Source of the DNA: Microcoleus sp.
Lineage (GTDB): Bacteria > Cyanobacteriota > Cyanobacteriia > Cyanobacteriales > Microcoleaceae
Reading direction: 5' to 3'
DNA: 64,000 bases
Assembly: GCA_052279835.1 (NCBI GenBank)
Contig: CP181291.1
Coordinates: forward strand, 1,664,001 to 1,728,000
In this document: piece after piece, positions 1-10,376 of the stretch
Position numbering within the stretch: position 1 is the first letter of the stretch
Layout of the letters: each line of letters starts with the position of its first letter
Translations under genes and position numbers: made by a program
The notes under the pieces: generated by a model
Told to the model about the DNA's origin: nothing
Databases searched by the model: none
The model's input: the letters and a program-made list of their open reading frames with translations, nothing else

Positions 1-724
1 CCCAGGAGACCCGGATTTATTGACTGTTAAGGCTCAAAAATTACTGGCTGTGGCCGATGCTATCTTGTTTGCTGATTCCCTAGTACCAGAGCAAATTTTG
101 CAGGGAGTGCGCGCCGATGCTGAAATTATCCAAACTGCCGACAAGACTCTGGAAGAAATTGTACCTTTGATGGTGGAGCGAGTGCGGGACGGCAAAAGTC
201 TCGTCCGCCTCCATTCAGGAGATCCCTGTCTCTACGGGGCTGTGGGCGAACAAATGCAAGCTTTAGCCTCTGCGGGCATTCCTTTTGAGGTCATACCGGG
301 AATTAGCGCTTTTCAACTGGCTGCTGCTAAACTAAAAATTGAGTTGACAGTGCCGGGAATTGTCCAGACAATTATTCTGACCAGAATTAGTGGCCGAACA
401 GAAGTACCCCAACGGGAAGAATTGGCCAGTTTAGCGGCTCATCAAGCCAGTTTGTGTCTGTATTTGAGCGCCCGCCACGTCGAAGCGGCTCAAACTAAAT
501 TGATGGAACATTACCCATCTGATTTACCTGTAGCGATTTGCTATCGGTTGGGCTGGCCTGATGAACAGATTTTGCTGGTTCCCCTTGACAAAATGGCTGT
601 TGTTACTCGCGAAAATAACTTGATGAGAACGACTATGTATGTGATTAGTCCGGCCTTGGGTCAAAATGTGGAAGGGCGATCGCGTCTTTATCATCCAGAG
701 CACGATCGGCTGTTTCGTCATTAG
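1..724 (+). CDS. cobM: precorrin-4 C11-methyltransferase (5' end outside window)
   Basis: Frame is open from base 2 (PGDPDLLTVKA); motifs RLHSGDPCLYGA, VIPGISAFQ, QTIILTR, SRLY. Confidence 0.93.
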   Translation, partial: PGDPDLLTVKAQKLLAVADAILFADSLVPEQILQGVRADAEIIQTADKTLEEIVPLMVERVRDGKSLVRLHSGDPCLYGAVGEQMQALASAGIPFEVIPGISAFQLAAAKLKIELTVPGIVQTIILTRISGRTEVPQREELASLAAHQASLCLYLSARHVEAAQTKLMEHYPSDLPVAICYRLGWPDEQILLVPLDKMAVVTRENNLMRTTMYVISPALGQNVEGRSRLYHPEHDRLFRH

Positions 725-846
725 TCATTAGGTATTAGTCATTAGTTAGTTGGCAGTTTCCATGCCCGATGCCCAGCCCCCAAGGGGGGAGGGAATTGGG
801 AATTGGGAATTGGGCATAGCTTCTTCCTTCTTCGTTCTTTTATTAA

Positions 847-1083
847 TTACCAAACCGGGTCAACATAAAGATTAATTGTTACTTGGTCTTTTCCTGAAGG
901 TATGCCGGAAATACAAGCACAAATTACCTCTCCGTCTTCCAGTTCCACTTCGCAAGCGTGACAAGAACCCATGAGACAGCCGGTGGGAATAGAAATTCCC
1001 GCACGTTTAGCGACATCCAGCAACAGTTCTCCCGGTTCAGCTTCAACCGTTACATTTTCTGGTAAAAAACAAATTTTTGTCAT
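847..1083 (-). CDS. small 2Fe-2S ferredoxin-like protein
   Basis: GCLMGSCHAC...C plant-type cluster motif, 78 aa. Confidence 0.85.
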   Translation of the reverse strand: MTKICFLPENVTVEAEPGELLLDVAKRAGISIPTGCLMGSCHACEVELEDGEVICACISGIPSGKDQVTINLYVDPVW

Positions 1084-1195
1084 TCAAACTTCACCTCATA
1101 TTTTTATGACTGTTGACTAATGTTATGGTTTATGGTTTATGGTTTATCAGTTATCAGTTATCAGTTATCAGCAACCCCAAGCGAGTAACAAATAA

Positions 1196-1231
1196 CCCTT
1201 CGACTTCGCGGTTCCTGAGCGTAGCCGAAGG
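1196..1231. repeat. REP-like palindrome family B (CCTTCGAC...CGAAGG); second copy at 8602-8638
   Basis: Near-identical imperfect palindromes at two intergenic sites, each flanked by heptamer STRR tracts. Confidence 0.7.
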
Positions 1232-1305
1232 ACCAGGCACCGCCAAGAACCAATAACCAATAACCAAGAACCAATAACCAAGAACCAAGAACCAAGAACT
1301 AATAA

Positions 1306-2772
1306 CTACCCTAAAATATGTTTGATATCTAAATGCTTTTCAACCGTATCTGCAAGACGGTCCAACAGAGCTTCCCGATGTTCCCGGTAATTAGGAATTC
1401 CTGTAGGTAGGGCTTGCAATCCTCGCTGCTGCCGCAAGTGATTTAACCAAGCCCGCCGCCAAGCTCCGTTATCAAAAATACCGTGCAAGTAAGTACCCCA
1501 AATAGATTGGAAATTATTGACCATCCCCAAACTAGCATCGTCAAACAGGGATTTAGTCAAATCTGACTCCAACATTTGGGTTATTCCTTGGTGGATTTCG
1601 TAACCGGAAACTGGTAAACCCGGTTGAGGATAATGAGAAGTTACGGTGCGCTGACGAGCTATTTTATTAGGTGCGATCGCAGTTTTCAAAGGTAACAATC
1701 CCAAGCCTTTAAATTCTCCCTTTTGTCCCTCAAGGCCTTCTCGATCGACTATACTTTCTCCCAGCATCTGAAACCCCCCGCAAACTCCCATTACAGTGCC
1801 GCCAGACACTAAATATTTTTTAATGGCTTCTGCCATACCCGTTTGTCGGAGTACCTGCAAATCAGAAATTGTAGTTTTAGAACCTGGTAAAATTACTGCA
1901 TCTGGATGGCCTAACTCGTCTTTGGGGCTGACATATTTGACTGTGACAGTAGTTTCCGACTCCAGGGGGTCAAAGTCGGTAAAATTAGAAATACGGGGCA
2001 AGCGGATGACAGAAATATTCAGGTCTGTGTGAGAATTGGAAGAACGTCGATCAAGTAAATCAAGAGAATCTTCGGCGGGAAACACTTCGTCTATCCAAGG
2101 AATTACACCAACAACGGGAATCCCTGTACGTTTTTCTAGCCAAATTAGCCCTGGATCTAAGATAGATTTTTGTCCTCGGAATTTATTAATAATGAAGCCT
2201 TTAATTAAAGCTCGTTCGTCTGGATCGAGCAATTCCAAAGTACCGATAATGTGAGCAAAAGCTCCGCCGCGATCTATATCAACTACTAGCAAAGTCCGAG
2301 CATTCAAATGTTTAGCTACGCGCATATTTGTTAAATCGCGGTGCTTGAGATTAATCTCCGCAGGGCTGCCGGCTCCCTCGCAAACCACCATGTCAAATTG
2401 GTGACTCAAAAAGTCTAAAGATTCCCGAATAACTTGCCAACCTCGATCGAAATATTCTTCGTAATATTGAGTAGCTCGAATATTGGCGATCGCCCGACCC
2501 TTCATAATTAATTGAGAAGTCATATCTCCTTGGGGTTTGAGCAAAATGGGATTCATTTCTACCAAAGGTGCTACACCGGCGGCCCAAGCCTGAACTGCTT
2601 GAGCGTAGCCAATTTCTCCCCCAGCCGCAGTGACATAGGAATTCAGTGCCATATTCTGACCTTTAAAGGGAGTGACTCGCCACTGGCGGCGAGAAAAAAT
2701 GCGACATAAAGCTGCAACCAGTAAAGATTTCCCTGCGTGAGAAGTTGTTCCCACTACCATAATTGCTTTCAT
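1306..2772 (-). CDS. cobQ: cobyric acid synthase
   Basis: GTTSHAGKS, PFKGQNMALNS, EGAGSPAEINL, GTYLHG motifs. Confidence 0.97.
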   Translation of the reverse strand: MKAIMVVGTTSHAGKSLLVAALCRIFSRRQWRVTPFKGQNMALNSYVTAAGGEIGYAQAVQAWAAGVAPLVEMNPILLKPQGDMTSQLIMKGRAIANIRATQYYEEYFDRGWQVIRESLDFLSHQFDMVVCEGAGSPAEINLKHRDLTNMRVAKHLNARTLLVVDIDRGGAFAHIIGTLELLDPDERALIKGFIINKFRGQKSILDPGLIWLEKRTGIPVVGVIPWIDEVFPAEDSLDLLDRRSSNSHTDLNISVIRLPRISNFTDFDPLESETTVTVKYVSPKDELGHPDAVILPGSKTTISDLQVLRQTGMAEAIKKYLVSGGTVMGVCGGFQMLGESIVDREGLEGQKGEFKGLGLLPLKTAIAPNKIARQRTVTSHYPQPGLPVSGYEIHQGITQMLESDLTKSLFDDASLGMVNNFQSIWGTYLHGIFDNGAWRRAWLNHLRQQRGLQALPTGIPNYREHREALLDRLADTVEKHLDIKHILG

Positions 2773-2935
2773 AATATTGATTTCACCTAAATTTCATCCA
2801 AAAATTATTGACGATTTTGTGAAGGCTGAATACAAAAAGAAAAAACTTTTTTCTAAAAAATCTGTTTTTTTACCTGTTTATGAAGGCAGAAAGCAGAATT
2901 TAAAAAGTTCTAATTTCTACCTTTTGGTTTGTGTT

Positions 2936-4309
2936 TTAGAGAGTCGTCTGCTCAGAGTCGGAAAGATTTTCCGACTTGGATTCATCGGCGGGTTTGTCAG
3001 TTTTCAGCAGATTGGGAGTTGGCGGATTTGGATGAATCAATTCCGGTGTATTTGCTGAGGCGATCGACTCTACCTGCTGTTTGATGGAATTGTCGCTCGC
3101 CTCTGATGACACTTCCACTGCCGCAGGTGTTGGCGAAACCACTTCCACCACTGTAATTTCAGTAATTTGAACCGGAGAAATGGCTGTTTCTTCTGAAATC
3201 AATTCAGCCATTGCTTCCACATCCAGAGGAAATGGTACTCCTGGAATTTCATCAGCGACGGTGCTGCTAGTTTCTGCCGCCACTTCTTGGGCTGCTTCGG
3301 CTAATTCAGATGCGAGAATTTGGTCAAACTCCGGTGTAGAAATTTCCCCTACTTCAGATGCAAGTTCGATCGACTCTGAAGGCACTTTCGCTGTTGTCAC
3401 CGGAGTATTGTTGGCTATGGGCTTGGTTTTTTCGCCCCCCCGGCCCAACAAACCGCCCAGACTATTTTTGATATTGTCAAACAGACTGCTGAAACCAGCC
3501 GATTTTTTAGGGGCTTTGACCGCAGTTGAGTCGGCTGCTGGGGCTGCCGTTGGGGACGCAGACTCGGACCCTCTAGCTGCTGCCCTCCACATCTGGTCAA
3601 AGTCATCGACTTCGGGTTCTTGTTTAAGGTCTGTTGGAGCCTCTGCTGTTCCCACAGTTGGTGTGGTGGCAATTTCTGAAACTTTTGGGGTGATTGTAGT
3701 GTCGCTAGTTGGTGCTGATTCTACAGGGGCTGGGGAGGTGTCAGCCACAGGAATTGCGATCGACTCCTGTATTTCCTCAGTTGCTGGTGGTGTCGAGTCT
3801 GGAAGTGGCAACAATTCAGGGGCGATCGCACTTTCTGCCACGATTTCGGGTAATGGGGAAACCACCGCAGGTTGCTCTGCTTTTACCTGGCGATCGGCAA
3901 CAGGTGCCGGCACCACATCAGATTTCGGCTTGGGTGCTCTGACAAACTTAGGTTTTTTCGTTGCTGGTTCTGGTTTTTTAGCAAACATCCCCGTCAACGC
4001 GCCACCCATACCCCCCGGCAAATTTACCGACTGAGGCATCGGCGTTTGCTCAGCAATAGGTGTAACTTGTCTGCGTAAACTCAAAGTTTCCCAGGCGAAC
4101 CAGCCCAAAAGAGCCACGGCCGCCATTTGACCAAGCAGGAGAGCACCGGTAATTCGCCCCGCACAAGCCCATAAAATTAACGCATAGAAAAATCCCACCC
4201 CACTCCAGGCAAAATCGCTTTTGCGGTGAACTTCTGGAAAAAAGAAAGCAGCCATGTAAATACTGAAGCTGCCTAGACCGACCGCCAACGCTAGAAAGTA
4301 TGCAAGCAT
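2936..4309 (-). CDS. Ycf66 family membrane protein with long Pro/Ala/Glu-rich tail
   Basis: N-terminal MLAYFLALAVGLGS...FPEVHRKSDF...GALLLGQ Ycf66-type hydrophobic domain. Confidence 0.8.
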   Translation of the reverse strand: MLAYFLALAVGLGSFSIYMAAFFFPEVHRKSDFAWSGVGFFYALILWACAGRITGALLLGQMAAVALLGWFAWETLSLRRQVTPIAEQTPMPQSVNLPGGMGGALTGMFAKKPEPATKKPKFVRAPKPKSDVVPAPVADRQVKAEQPAVVSPLPEIVAESAIAPELLPLPDSTPPATEEIQESIAIPVADTSPAPVESAPTSDTTITPKVSEIATTPTVGTAEAPTDLKQEPEVDDFDQMWRAAARGSESASPTAAPAADSTAVKAPKKSAGFSSLFDNIKNSLGGLLGRGGEKTKPIANNTPVTTAKVPSESIELASEVGEISTPEFDQILASELAEAAQEVAAETSSTVADEIPGVPFPLDVEAMAELISEETAISPVQITEITVVEVVSPTPAAVEVSSEASDNSIKQQVESIASANTPELIHPNPPTPNLLKTDKPADESKSENLSDSEQTTL

Positions 4310-4523
4310 ATTGTCGGCACCTCCGCTGTGTCAAATAACCTCTACGGGCTCATTTTACCTTTCAGGGGTGTCCGGTGGCTGCTTTCTCTAGGACAATTTT
4401 TGACTTCTGTGAGGGAATAGGGAAGAAGCAAGAGGGAAGTAGTGGAGGGGGTAGGGGCAATCGCGGGGGGCAGTCCCTACCAGAGAAGGAAACAGCCGAG
4501 CCCTCTCCCCCTTCGGGACTAGG

Positions 4524-4539
4524 TGTAACTTGTGATACA
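4524..4539. promoter_or_regulatory. candidate NtcA box TGTA-N8-TACA
   Basis: TGTAACTTGTGATACA in the divergent intergenic region; no canonically spaced -10 seen. Confidence 0.35.
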
Positions 4540-4648
4540 TATCACTGTTATCGACCGATGCGATCGCACTCAAAGGTAAAAGATTTTTGTATCTTGATGG
4601 TGTAAGAGGAATGATGCCAGAGTGCATCTTAATATTGGAGGCAGTGCC

Positions 4649-4825
4649 ATGTTGGAAAAAATGTTGTTAGCCGTCGGCTTAACCCTATCACTGCACGTAT
4701 TTGCCGGACTAAGTACGTCCCCGAAATTACCTCAAAATTACGTATTGCGATCGAACCAAACTTTGACTCAATTCCTAAAACTTCCCCTCGTTGCATTACC
4801 GAACCGTGCCGAGAGTGAAATCTAA
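4649..4825 (+). CDS. small hypothetical protein with signal-like N-terminus
   Basis: GGAG RBS before ATG 4649; MLEKMLLAVGLTLSLHVFAG hydrophobic segment. Confidence 0.6.
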   Translation: MLEKMLLAVGLTLSLHVFAGLSTSPKLPQNYVLRSNQTLTQFLKLPLVALPNRAESEI

Positions 4826-4942
4826 TCATGATTTTAGTTGCCACTGCGATCGAACTGACCAAAAGTATTTTTTTGAAATTTTCCTTGATAGGTTCTATTT
4901 TCATTGTAGAGTATAGTCACTGTTAAACCCAGGAGAGTTAAA

Positions 4943-5383
4943 ATGGCACTTAGCGATATTCTATTGAATGAAAAGAACCGAGACAATGTTGTGGATGACT
5001 GTGTAAAGTTGATCGACGAACAAGTTGCGGCCGCGTCGGGATTGGGTGGTTTAGCTTTGAAAGCTGCCTACTCTACTGTCAAGGGAATACGAGCTGATTA
5101 TTGCGCCCAAGTCGTAGATCAACTGTTGCCAGAAATCTCGATCGCACTCGATCCCATGTGGACTGAAGCAGTAACCAATGGCAGCCCAGTAGAATATCTC
5201 ACCCAAAGAAAATCTCAAGTAGCTGACGAATTGCTCCAAATCAGCGACGCCAGAGTCGAAAACAGCACCAGAGCCATGGTAAAAGGAGCCTATGGCAAAC
5301 TGCGCCCCTCAGCTAAAAATTATGTCGAAAACGGAATACCTGATTTAGCCAAAATCATTGATAAATATAATAGTGCCGGCTGA
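4943..5383 (+). CDS. conserved hypothetical protein (DUF6918-like)
   Basis: AGGAG RBS; 146-aa ORF with SGLGGLALKAAY and YGKLRPSAK motifs. Confidence 0.7.
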   Translation: MALSDILLNEKNRDNVVDDCVKLIDEQVAAASGLGGLALKAAYSTVKGIRADYCAQVVDQLLPEISIALDPMWTEAVTNGSPVEYLTQRKSQVADELLQISDARVENSTRAMVKGAYGKLRPSAKNYVENGIPDLAKIIDKYNSAG

Positions 5384-5424
5384 TATATACCGTTTCCCAA
5401 ATAGATGAAGTAGGTTGGGTTTAA

Positions 5425-5545
5425 CTGGTTCCTAGGCTCTAGCCTGGGAACCCATATCCAGAGGCTCTGCCTCGTCGAAGAGAGAAAATAGAAAGGTCGG
5501 CAGAGCCTTCCGATCAGCGTTACCAGGCTCTGGCCTGGTAACGAG
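5425..5545. repeat. REP/REPIN-like three-hairpin element, family A; copies at 15821-15939 and 16150-16268, partial at 17827-17855 and 46492-46540
   Basis: CTGGTTCC(T/C)AGGCT..GCCTGGGAACC ... CTCTGCC..GGCAGAG ... GCGTTAC.AGGC..GCCT.GTAACGAG repeated near gene 3' ends. Confidence 0.8.
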
Positions 5546-5563
5546 TAACGAGTAATAAAAGAA

Positions 5564-7042
5564 TTAATTCGTAGTCAATATCTGCAACATTGCCTGTCCC
5601 GTAATTCCCAAACCCAATAACAAGACCAACATCGCACTAATCCCCGGTAAAATTTTCACTACCGCCAGTTGTTTTGGTAATTTATCAAACTTCCCTTTCG
5701 CATAAACTAAGATTAAGCCGATCGCAGTCAACACCAAAGCCAACCCCAAACTAAATGCTACCACCAGAGTCATGCCCAAACCCACACTACCCAAAGCTGA
5801 TGCACTCAACAGCATCACCAACGCCGAAGGACAAGGCAACAAACCGCCAGAAATGCCCAAGGCTAATAAGCTTTTCCAAGTAACAGGAGAACCGTCAGAT
5901 CCGGGTGGCAAATGTGAGTGAACGCGGCCGTCTCCATGATGGTGATAATGATGATTTAAATCTGGTTTAACAAATTTAAATTCTCTCTCCCAACTTCCTC
6001 TATTTAATAGATTAACTGGTTCTTCATAGTTCATGATCAGCTCTTTATTCCTGAAACCCCTGTTTTGATTAAAAAATTTAGTCTTGAAATATTTGAGGAA
6101 GCTCGTCCTCAGTGAGAAGTTATTTTTGCTTCTTTCCCTAAGTAGCTTGAAGCCAATTAAAGCCACCAAAAACCCAGAGATTAAATTCAACCAAGGATTC
6201 AACTTTTCTGGATTAATTAAATGAGAAGCAAACAGAGTAATTCCGCCCACAGCAAACACGCCCGCTGTGTGAGTAATTGTAGTAGTTGCTGCTAAAAATA
6301 CAGCGTGTAGGGGAGTAGCCCGCGAACCTACCAAATAAGCACCCACAATGGTTTTTCCGTGTCCAGGCGACATCGCGTGCATGGCTCCCCAAGCAAATGC
6401 TCCGGCTAAGGCTAACAGCCAACTCCAACTTTCATCCCAAATTGATTGATTTTGTGTTACTAAAAATTCTGGATTTTGTGGTGTAAACACAAAACTTTTT
6501 ATGGTGCCTGCTTGGACAATTGTTGCTTGACAGCTAGCTGTGTTTATTCCCGGTAAAAATAGATGATAATTAATCAAAAAATTATTTTTATGAATTAAGT
6601 TTGAAGTAGGTAATTTAGAGCTTGGTATTTTAGATATTTTGGGCCAGGTGTATTTTAAAAATAAAGTGCTGTGGGTATTGGGTTGTTGAATTAAACTGGC
6701 TGTTTTGGCTGCTATCTCTAGCGGTTTTACTACCAGATTTCCGGGGATCTTACTACGATTTTTGATGGTAATATGTTGGCTAAAGAATTTTTCTAGCTGT
6801 GCTTGGTGCTTGCGAATTTCTGCGGGTTGTAGCTGATTGTCTTGGTTGTCGTCTGCAAATTTTGTTAAGCCGGTTGGGAATGTTAAGGTTATTTCGGTTT
6901 GGGAATCGTTGACTACTATTTCTGCTACTGATAAATCGGCCCAGTGTGAGTAAGCTGGATTGGTTGAGGTTGTTAGTAATAATGAAAGTGTTAGGAAAAA
7001 TAGGATGAAGAGTTTTTGGGATCGCTTTGATTTATTTTGCAT
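5564..7042 (-). CDS. NiCoT/RcnA-like nickel/cobalt transporter with N-terminal extracytoplasmic domain
   Basis: Signal peptide then HWADLS; HAMSPGHGKT, His-rich HHYHHHGDGRVHSH, GGLLPCPSAL motifs, several TM segments. Confidence 0.85.
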   Translation of the reverse strand: MQNKSKRSQKLFILFFLTLSLLLTTSTNPAYSHWADLSVAEIVVNDSQTEITLTFPTGLTKFADDNQDNQLQPAEIRKHQAQLEKFFSQHITIKNRSKIPGNLVVKPLEIAAKTASLIQQPNTHSTLFLKYTWPKISKIPSSKLPTSNLIHKNNFLINYHLFLPGINTASCQATIVQAGTIKSFVFTPQNPEFLVTQNQSIWDESWSWLLALAGAFAWGAMHAMSPGHGKTIVGAYLVGSRATPLHAVFLAATTTITHTAGVFAVGGITLFASHLINPEKLNPWLNLISGFLVALIGFKLLRERSKNNFSLRTSFLKYFKTKFFNQNRGFRNKELIMNYEEPVNLLNRGSWEREFKFVKPDLNHHYHHHGDGRVHSHLPPGSDGSPVTWKSLLALGISGGLLPCPSALVMLLSASALGSVGLGMTLVVAFSLGLALVLTAIGLILVYAKGKFDKLPKQLAVVKILPGISAMLVLLLGLGITGQAMLQILTTN

Positions 7043-7126
7043 AAATATTTTTTTTTAGATGATTGAACCGCAGAGGCCACAGAGAGCGCAGAGGAAGAGA
7101 GGAGAGAGGTATAATTTTGATGAGTC

Positions 7127-8533
7127 TCACAATTGATCGTTTCCTAAACCTAATGCTTGATTCGATCGCCTATTGAATGTAGGGTCGATTTCTTTGGCTG
7201 TTTGGAAATAGGCGCGAGATTGACCATTTTTGCCTAATTTAAGGGCGATCGCACCCGCCCGATCGAACATAGCGGCATCTCGAATGCCCGATCGCACTAT
7301 TTGGGCCATCACATCCTCGGCTTTTTGCCACTCCCCAGCGCCCGAAAGCGCCCAGGCTAAGGTATCCAGCGTCGCAGCATCGCGCCGGATTTTTACTTCT
7401 GCTTGCATTAAGGCTAATGCTTCTGTGACATCCTGCGATCGACCTTTTTCTAGTAGCAAACTCGCCAAATCCCGGCGGTGCCCGAAACCTCCAACTCCAG
7501 AAACCTGTTCCTGTCGTAGCGTAGCCTCTGCTTTGTCGAGGAGTTTTTTGGAGGCGATCGCATCTCCCTGTAACTGTTTTACTCTCGCCATACCGCGATC
7601 GACAAGGCGATCGTATATCGTCGCAGCCCCTCCCGAATAAGCAGAAACCTTGCTGTAATAACTTTCTGCTTCCCGGTAATTGCCTTGTCGCACTTCTAAA
7701 TCCGCCATATAAATCAACGCTAGCGGGTATCGAGGTAGCAACCGCAAAGTTTCCAAAAACAGCGCTTTCGCCTGCACAAACTGCCCACGACGGCTGTAAA
7801 ATCGACCCAAGAGCGATCGGGTACGCGCCGAACCCGCCACTTCTCCTGGTTCCTCCAGGGCCAAAGCTTGTTTGTAATCCTGCAAAACCTCCGCATCTCT
7901 ACCTTGAGATTCCCTCACCAAAGCCCTCAAAGTCAGAGAGCCCAAGTTGGGAAGCCGGTTGACTAAGGCTTCGGCTGCTGCATTCGCCTCAGTGATTTTT
8001 CCCATTGCTAAGTGAGATGTGACTGAAATGGCGATCGCATCCTCATTGTCAAAACCCACTTGTTTAGCCAAACGCAAAGCAGTGGCAAAATCGTGTCTAG
8101 CCTCAGCAATTCTAGCTAAAACTAACAGCGCACCTTTATTATCAAAAGGCAAATCCGCGATCGATCTTTGAGCAGCCTGTTCGGCTAACAAAAACCAACC
8201 ACCCTCCCCAGTAGCCCGACCCATTTTCAAATAAACCCCAGCCAATGCAGCCCGGTTCAAACCACTTTTTGAATCCACAGCCAGCCGCTGCTGATAAAAA
8301 TTAATTTCTTGTTGAATAGCATCTTTCTGATTCGGATTATTTCTCAAAACATCCGAAAAATGATATCGGTAATTAGCATCGAGATTTGCCGGACTTTTTT
8401 CAGAGAATTTATCCGCAATCTCACGAAAATGAGGCGGTAAATTAATCACTAAAATACCAACTACAGGAACTGCTATCAGCAGCCACCACCAAACAACATC
8501 CGATTTAATTCCTCGTCCTATTTTCACACTCAT
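7127..8533 (-). CDS. membrane-anchored tetratricopeptide repeat protein
   Basis: N-terminal TM segment followed by TPR-like helical repeats. Confidence 0.8.
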   Translation of the reverse strand: MSVKIGRGIKSDVVWWWLLIAVPVVGILVINLPPHFREIADKFSEKSPANLDANYRYHFSDVLRNNPNQKDAIQQEINFYQQRLAVDSKSGLNRAALAGVYLKMGRATGEGGWFLLAEQAAQRSIADLPFDNKGALLVLARIAEARHDFATALRLAKQVGFDNEDAIAISVTSHLAMGKITEANAAAEALVNRLPNLGSLTLRALVRESQGRDAEVLQDYKQALALEEPGEVAGSARTRSLLGRFYSRRGQFVQAKALFLETLRLLPRYPLALIYMADLEVRQGNYREAESYYSKVSAYSGGAATIYDRLVDRGMARVKQLQGDAIASKKLLDKAEATLRQEQVSGVGGFGHRRDLASLLLEKGRSQDVTEALALMQAEVKIRRDAATLDTLAWALSGAGEWQKAEDVMAQIVRSGIRDAAMFDRAGAIALKLGKNGQSRAYFQTAKEIDPTFNRRSNQALGLGNDQL

Positions 8534-8648
8534 AAATCTGCGTTAATCTGAGTTCAAAAAAAAAGAATTTCCCATCATTAGCCAATAACCATAACCCATA
8601 ACCCTTCGACTACGCGGTTCCTGAGCGGAGTCGAAGGGCAGGGTACTG

Positions 8649-8785
8649 CTAATGACTAATGACTAATGACTAATGACTAATGACTAATAACTAATAACTA
8701 ATGACTAATAACTAATGACTAATGACTAATGACTAATGACTAATGACTAATGACTAATGACTAATGACTAATGACTAATAACTAA
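8649..8785. repeat. STRR heptamer tandem repeat (CTAATGA/CTAATAA) about 19 copies
   Basis: Directly visible tandem array. Confidence 0.95.
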
Positions 8786-9996
8786 TTCGGTAAAGCCAAA
8801 TAAGGAAAACTCGGTTGTAAAGGCTTATGTCCCTGAGCCGGATTTCCCGGCGTTCCTTCATAAGAAACGTTATCGCCCACGGGAGAACCCACCAAAGCTC
8901 CCAGAGTGATATCAATCACATCATCCAAAAGCATCCGACCCCCGATCAAACTTCCTTGAGCATTTGTCGCGCTACCATAACCGCTTGGTTTGGTCGTATC
9001 AATCCGCATGACATCTGGTAAAAAAGCTCCTGCGATCGCATTTGGATCGACGTTATCCTTACCATCCAAAAGATCCACAGCATTCAAAGTCGCAACAGCT
9101 TCCTGGCGCACCGGAGCCGCAGCAGGACTCAAATCTAATCTGGGAGAAATATTATTAAAGGCCTCCATAAACCCAGGAGTTACGATCAAACCTTCATTGA
9201 TTGCAGGTCTAGCCAAGCGCTCAAATTGTTTGAAACCACCAACTCCATCCCTGATGGAAACCGTTGACCACACATCAAAGGTATTCGCCCCTGTTCCTGC
9301 TTGCAAAAATGCTTTCGGAACCCGCACAGCAATTGTATTGACGTTGTAACCTTTCGCAAAGTCGATCGCTTGACTTGGTTGTTTAAAACTTACTTTCGGT
9401 CCGGTGCCCAAAGCCCCAGCCCGCACTCGGAAAAATTGTTCTACATCAAAGAAGAACGGATCTTCCCGCAAACCTGCAAATACGGTCAAGTTAGAACCGC
9501 CTACAGGTACTGTATTTAAAACAGCATTAGAATTGAGCGGTGTTGTGGTAATGAAGCTATTATTAACTGTTGTCTTAGTAGTAGTTTCTACACCGCCACG
9601 AACCACGGTAACAGCCGCCGCTTGTATACCTTGATTATTGGGCGGACTAAAGGCCAATCGCACAATTATATCTGCTCGTCCCGTGGGGGTAGAATTCACA
9701 TCACCTACCTGTGTGACGTGAAATTGGTAAAGAGCCGTAGTGCTGAAATAATATTGATAGCGAGCTATTGACCGGGGATTTGAATTCATGATGAATACTA
9801 AATCTCCGTCCGCAGCGCCAGAATTCTGGTCTTGTTCGCGAAACACGTAGAGGTCTGTTAAATTGACTGTGCGACCTTTGATGTCTACTTCGCCGTCGTC
9901 GTGATCGGAAGCTGCAATTATCCCTGGGGTTAATACGGCAATTAGAGCTAATTCTATCGCTAGTATTGTGCGCCGAATGTTTTTGGGTAGTTTCAC
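8782..9996 (-). CDS. DUF4331 domain secreted protein (probable GTG start 9996; ORF open to 10044)
   Basis: Signal-like N-terminus, ASDHDDG, TDLYVF, VFAGLREDPFFFD, GRMLLDDVID, FPYLALPN motifs; AAGGTGA RBS. Confidence 0.85.
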   Translation of the reverse strand: MKLPKNIRRTILAIELALIAVLTPGIIAASDHDDGEVDIKGRTVNLTDLYVFREQDQNSGAADGDLVFIMNSNPRSIARYQYYFSTTALYQFHVTQVGDVNSTPTGRADIIVRLAFSPPNNQGIQAAAVTVVRGGVETTTKTTVNNSFITTTPLNSNAVLNTVPVGGSNLTVFAGLREDPFFFDVEQFFRVRAGALGTGPKVSFKQPSQAIDFAKGYNVNTIAVRVPKAFLQAGTGANTFDVWSTVSIRDGVGGFKQFERLARPAINEGLIVTPGFMEAFNNISPRLDLSPAAAPVRQEAVATLNAVDLLDGKDNVDPNAIAGAFLPDVMRIDTTKPSGYGSATNAQGSLIGGRMLLDDVIDITLGALVGSPVGDNVSYEGTPGNPAQGHKPLQPSFPYLALPN

Positions 9997-10128
9997 AGTT
10001 ATCACCTTTATTGCAAAGATAGTATGGATATAACTTAGTAGCATGGCTGACGGAAAAACTCGATTGGTTATGGGTTGGCGAAGTTATAGCTGTCGCCACC
10101 ATTACGCTGAGAACCCGAACCTAACTGG

Positions 10129-10156
10129 TATACGAAGGTTTTGCTATTTTGGATCT
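10129..10156 (-). promoter_or_regulatory. candidate ECF promoter P1, GATCC-N16-CGTA
   Basis: Minus strand AGATCCAAAATAGCAAAACCTTCGTATA facing the DUF4331 operon. Confidence 0.65.
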
Positions 10157-10376
10157 ATCTGGTTTTGTTAAGTTTTGTAAAAATTGCTATTTTCAGATTT
10201 GCCCAGGGATTTTCTGGGAGTCAACAGATTTGAGATTTGAGATTGCGGAAGTGATAAACTGCAATATGAATTGGGAATCTCATAATTCAAAGCAGTGTAA
10301 AACTAGCCTAAAAAGGCATACTCCAGCTTGTACCCCCCAACTTCAAACTTACAATTATCTTTGGGTTATGTAGTGA

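Noticed and set aside
3180..4034. 284-aa plus-strand ORF and similar antisense ORFs across the window
   Set aside because: Shadow frames opposite well-supported genes, with no recognisable motifs
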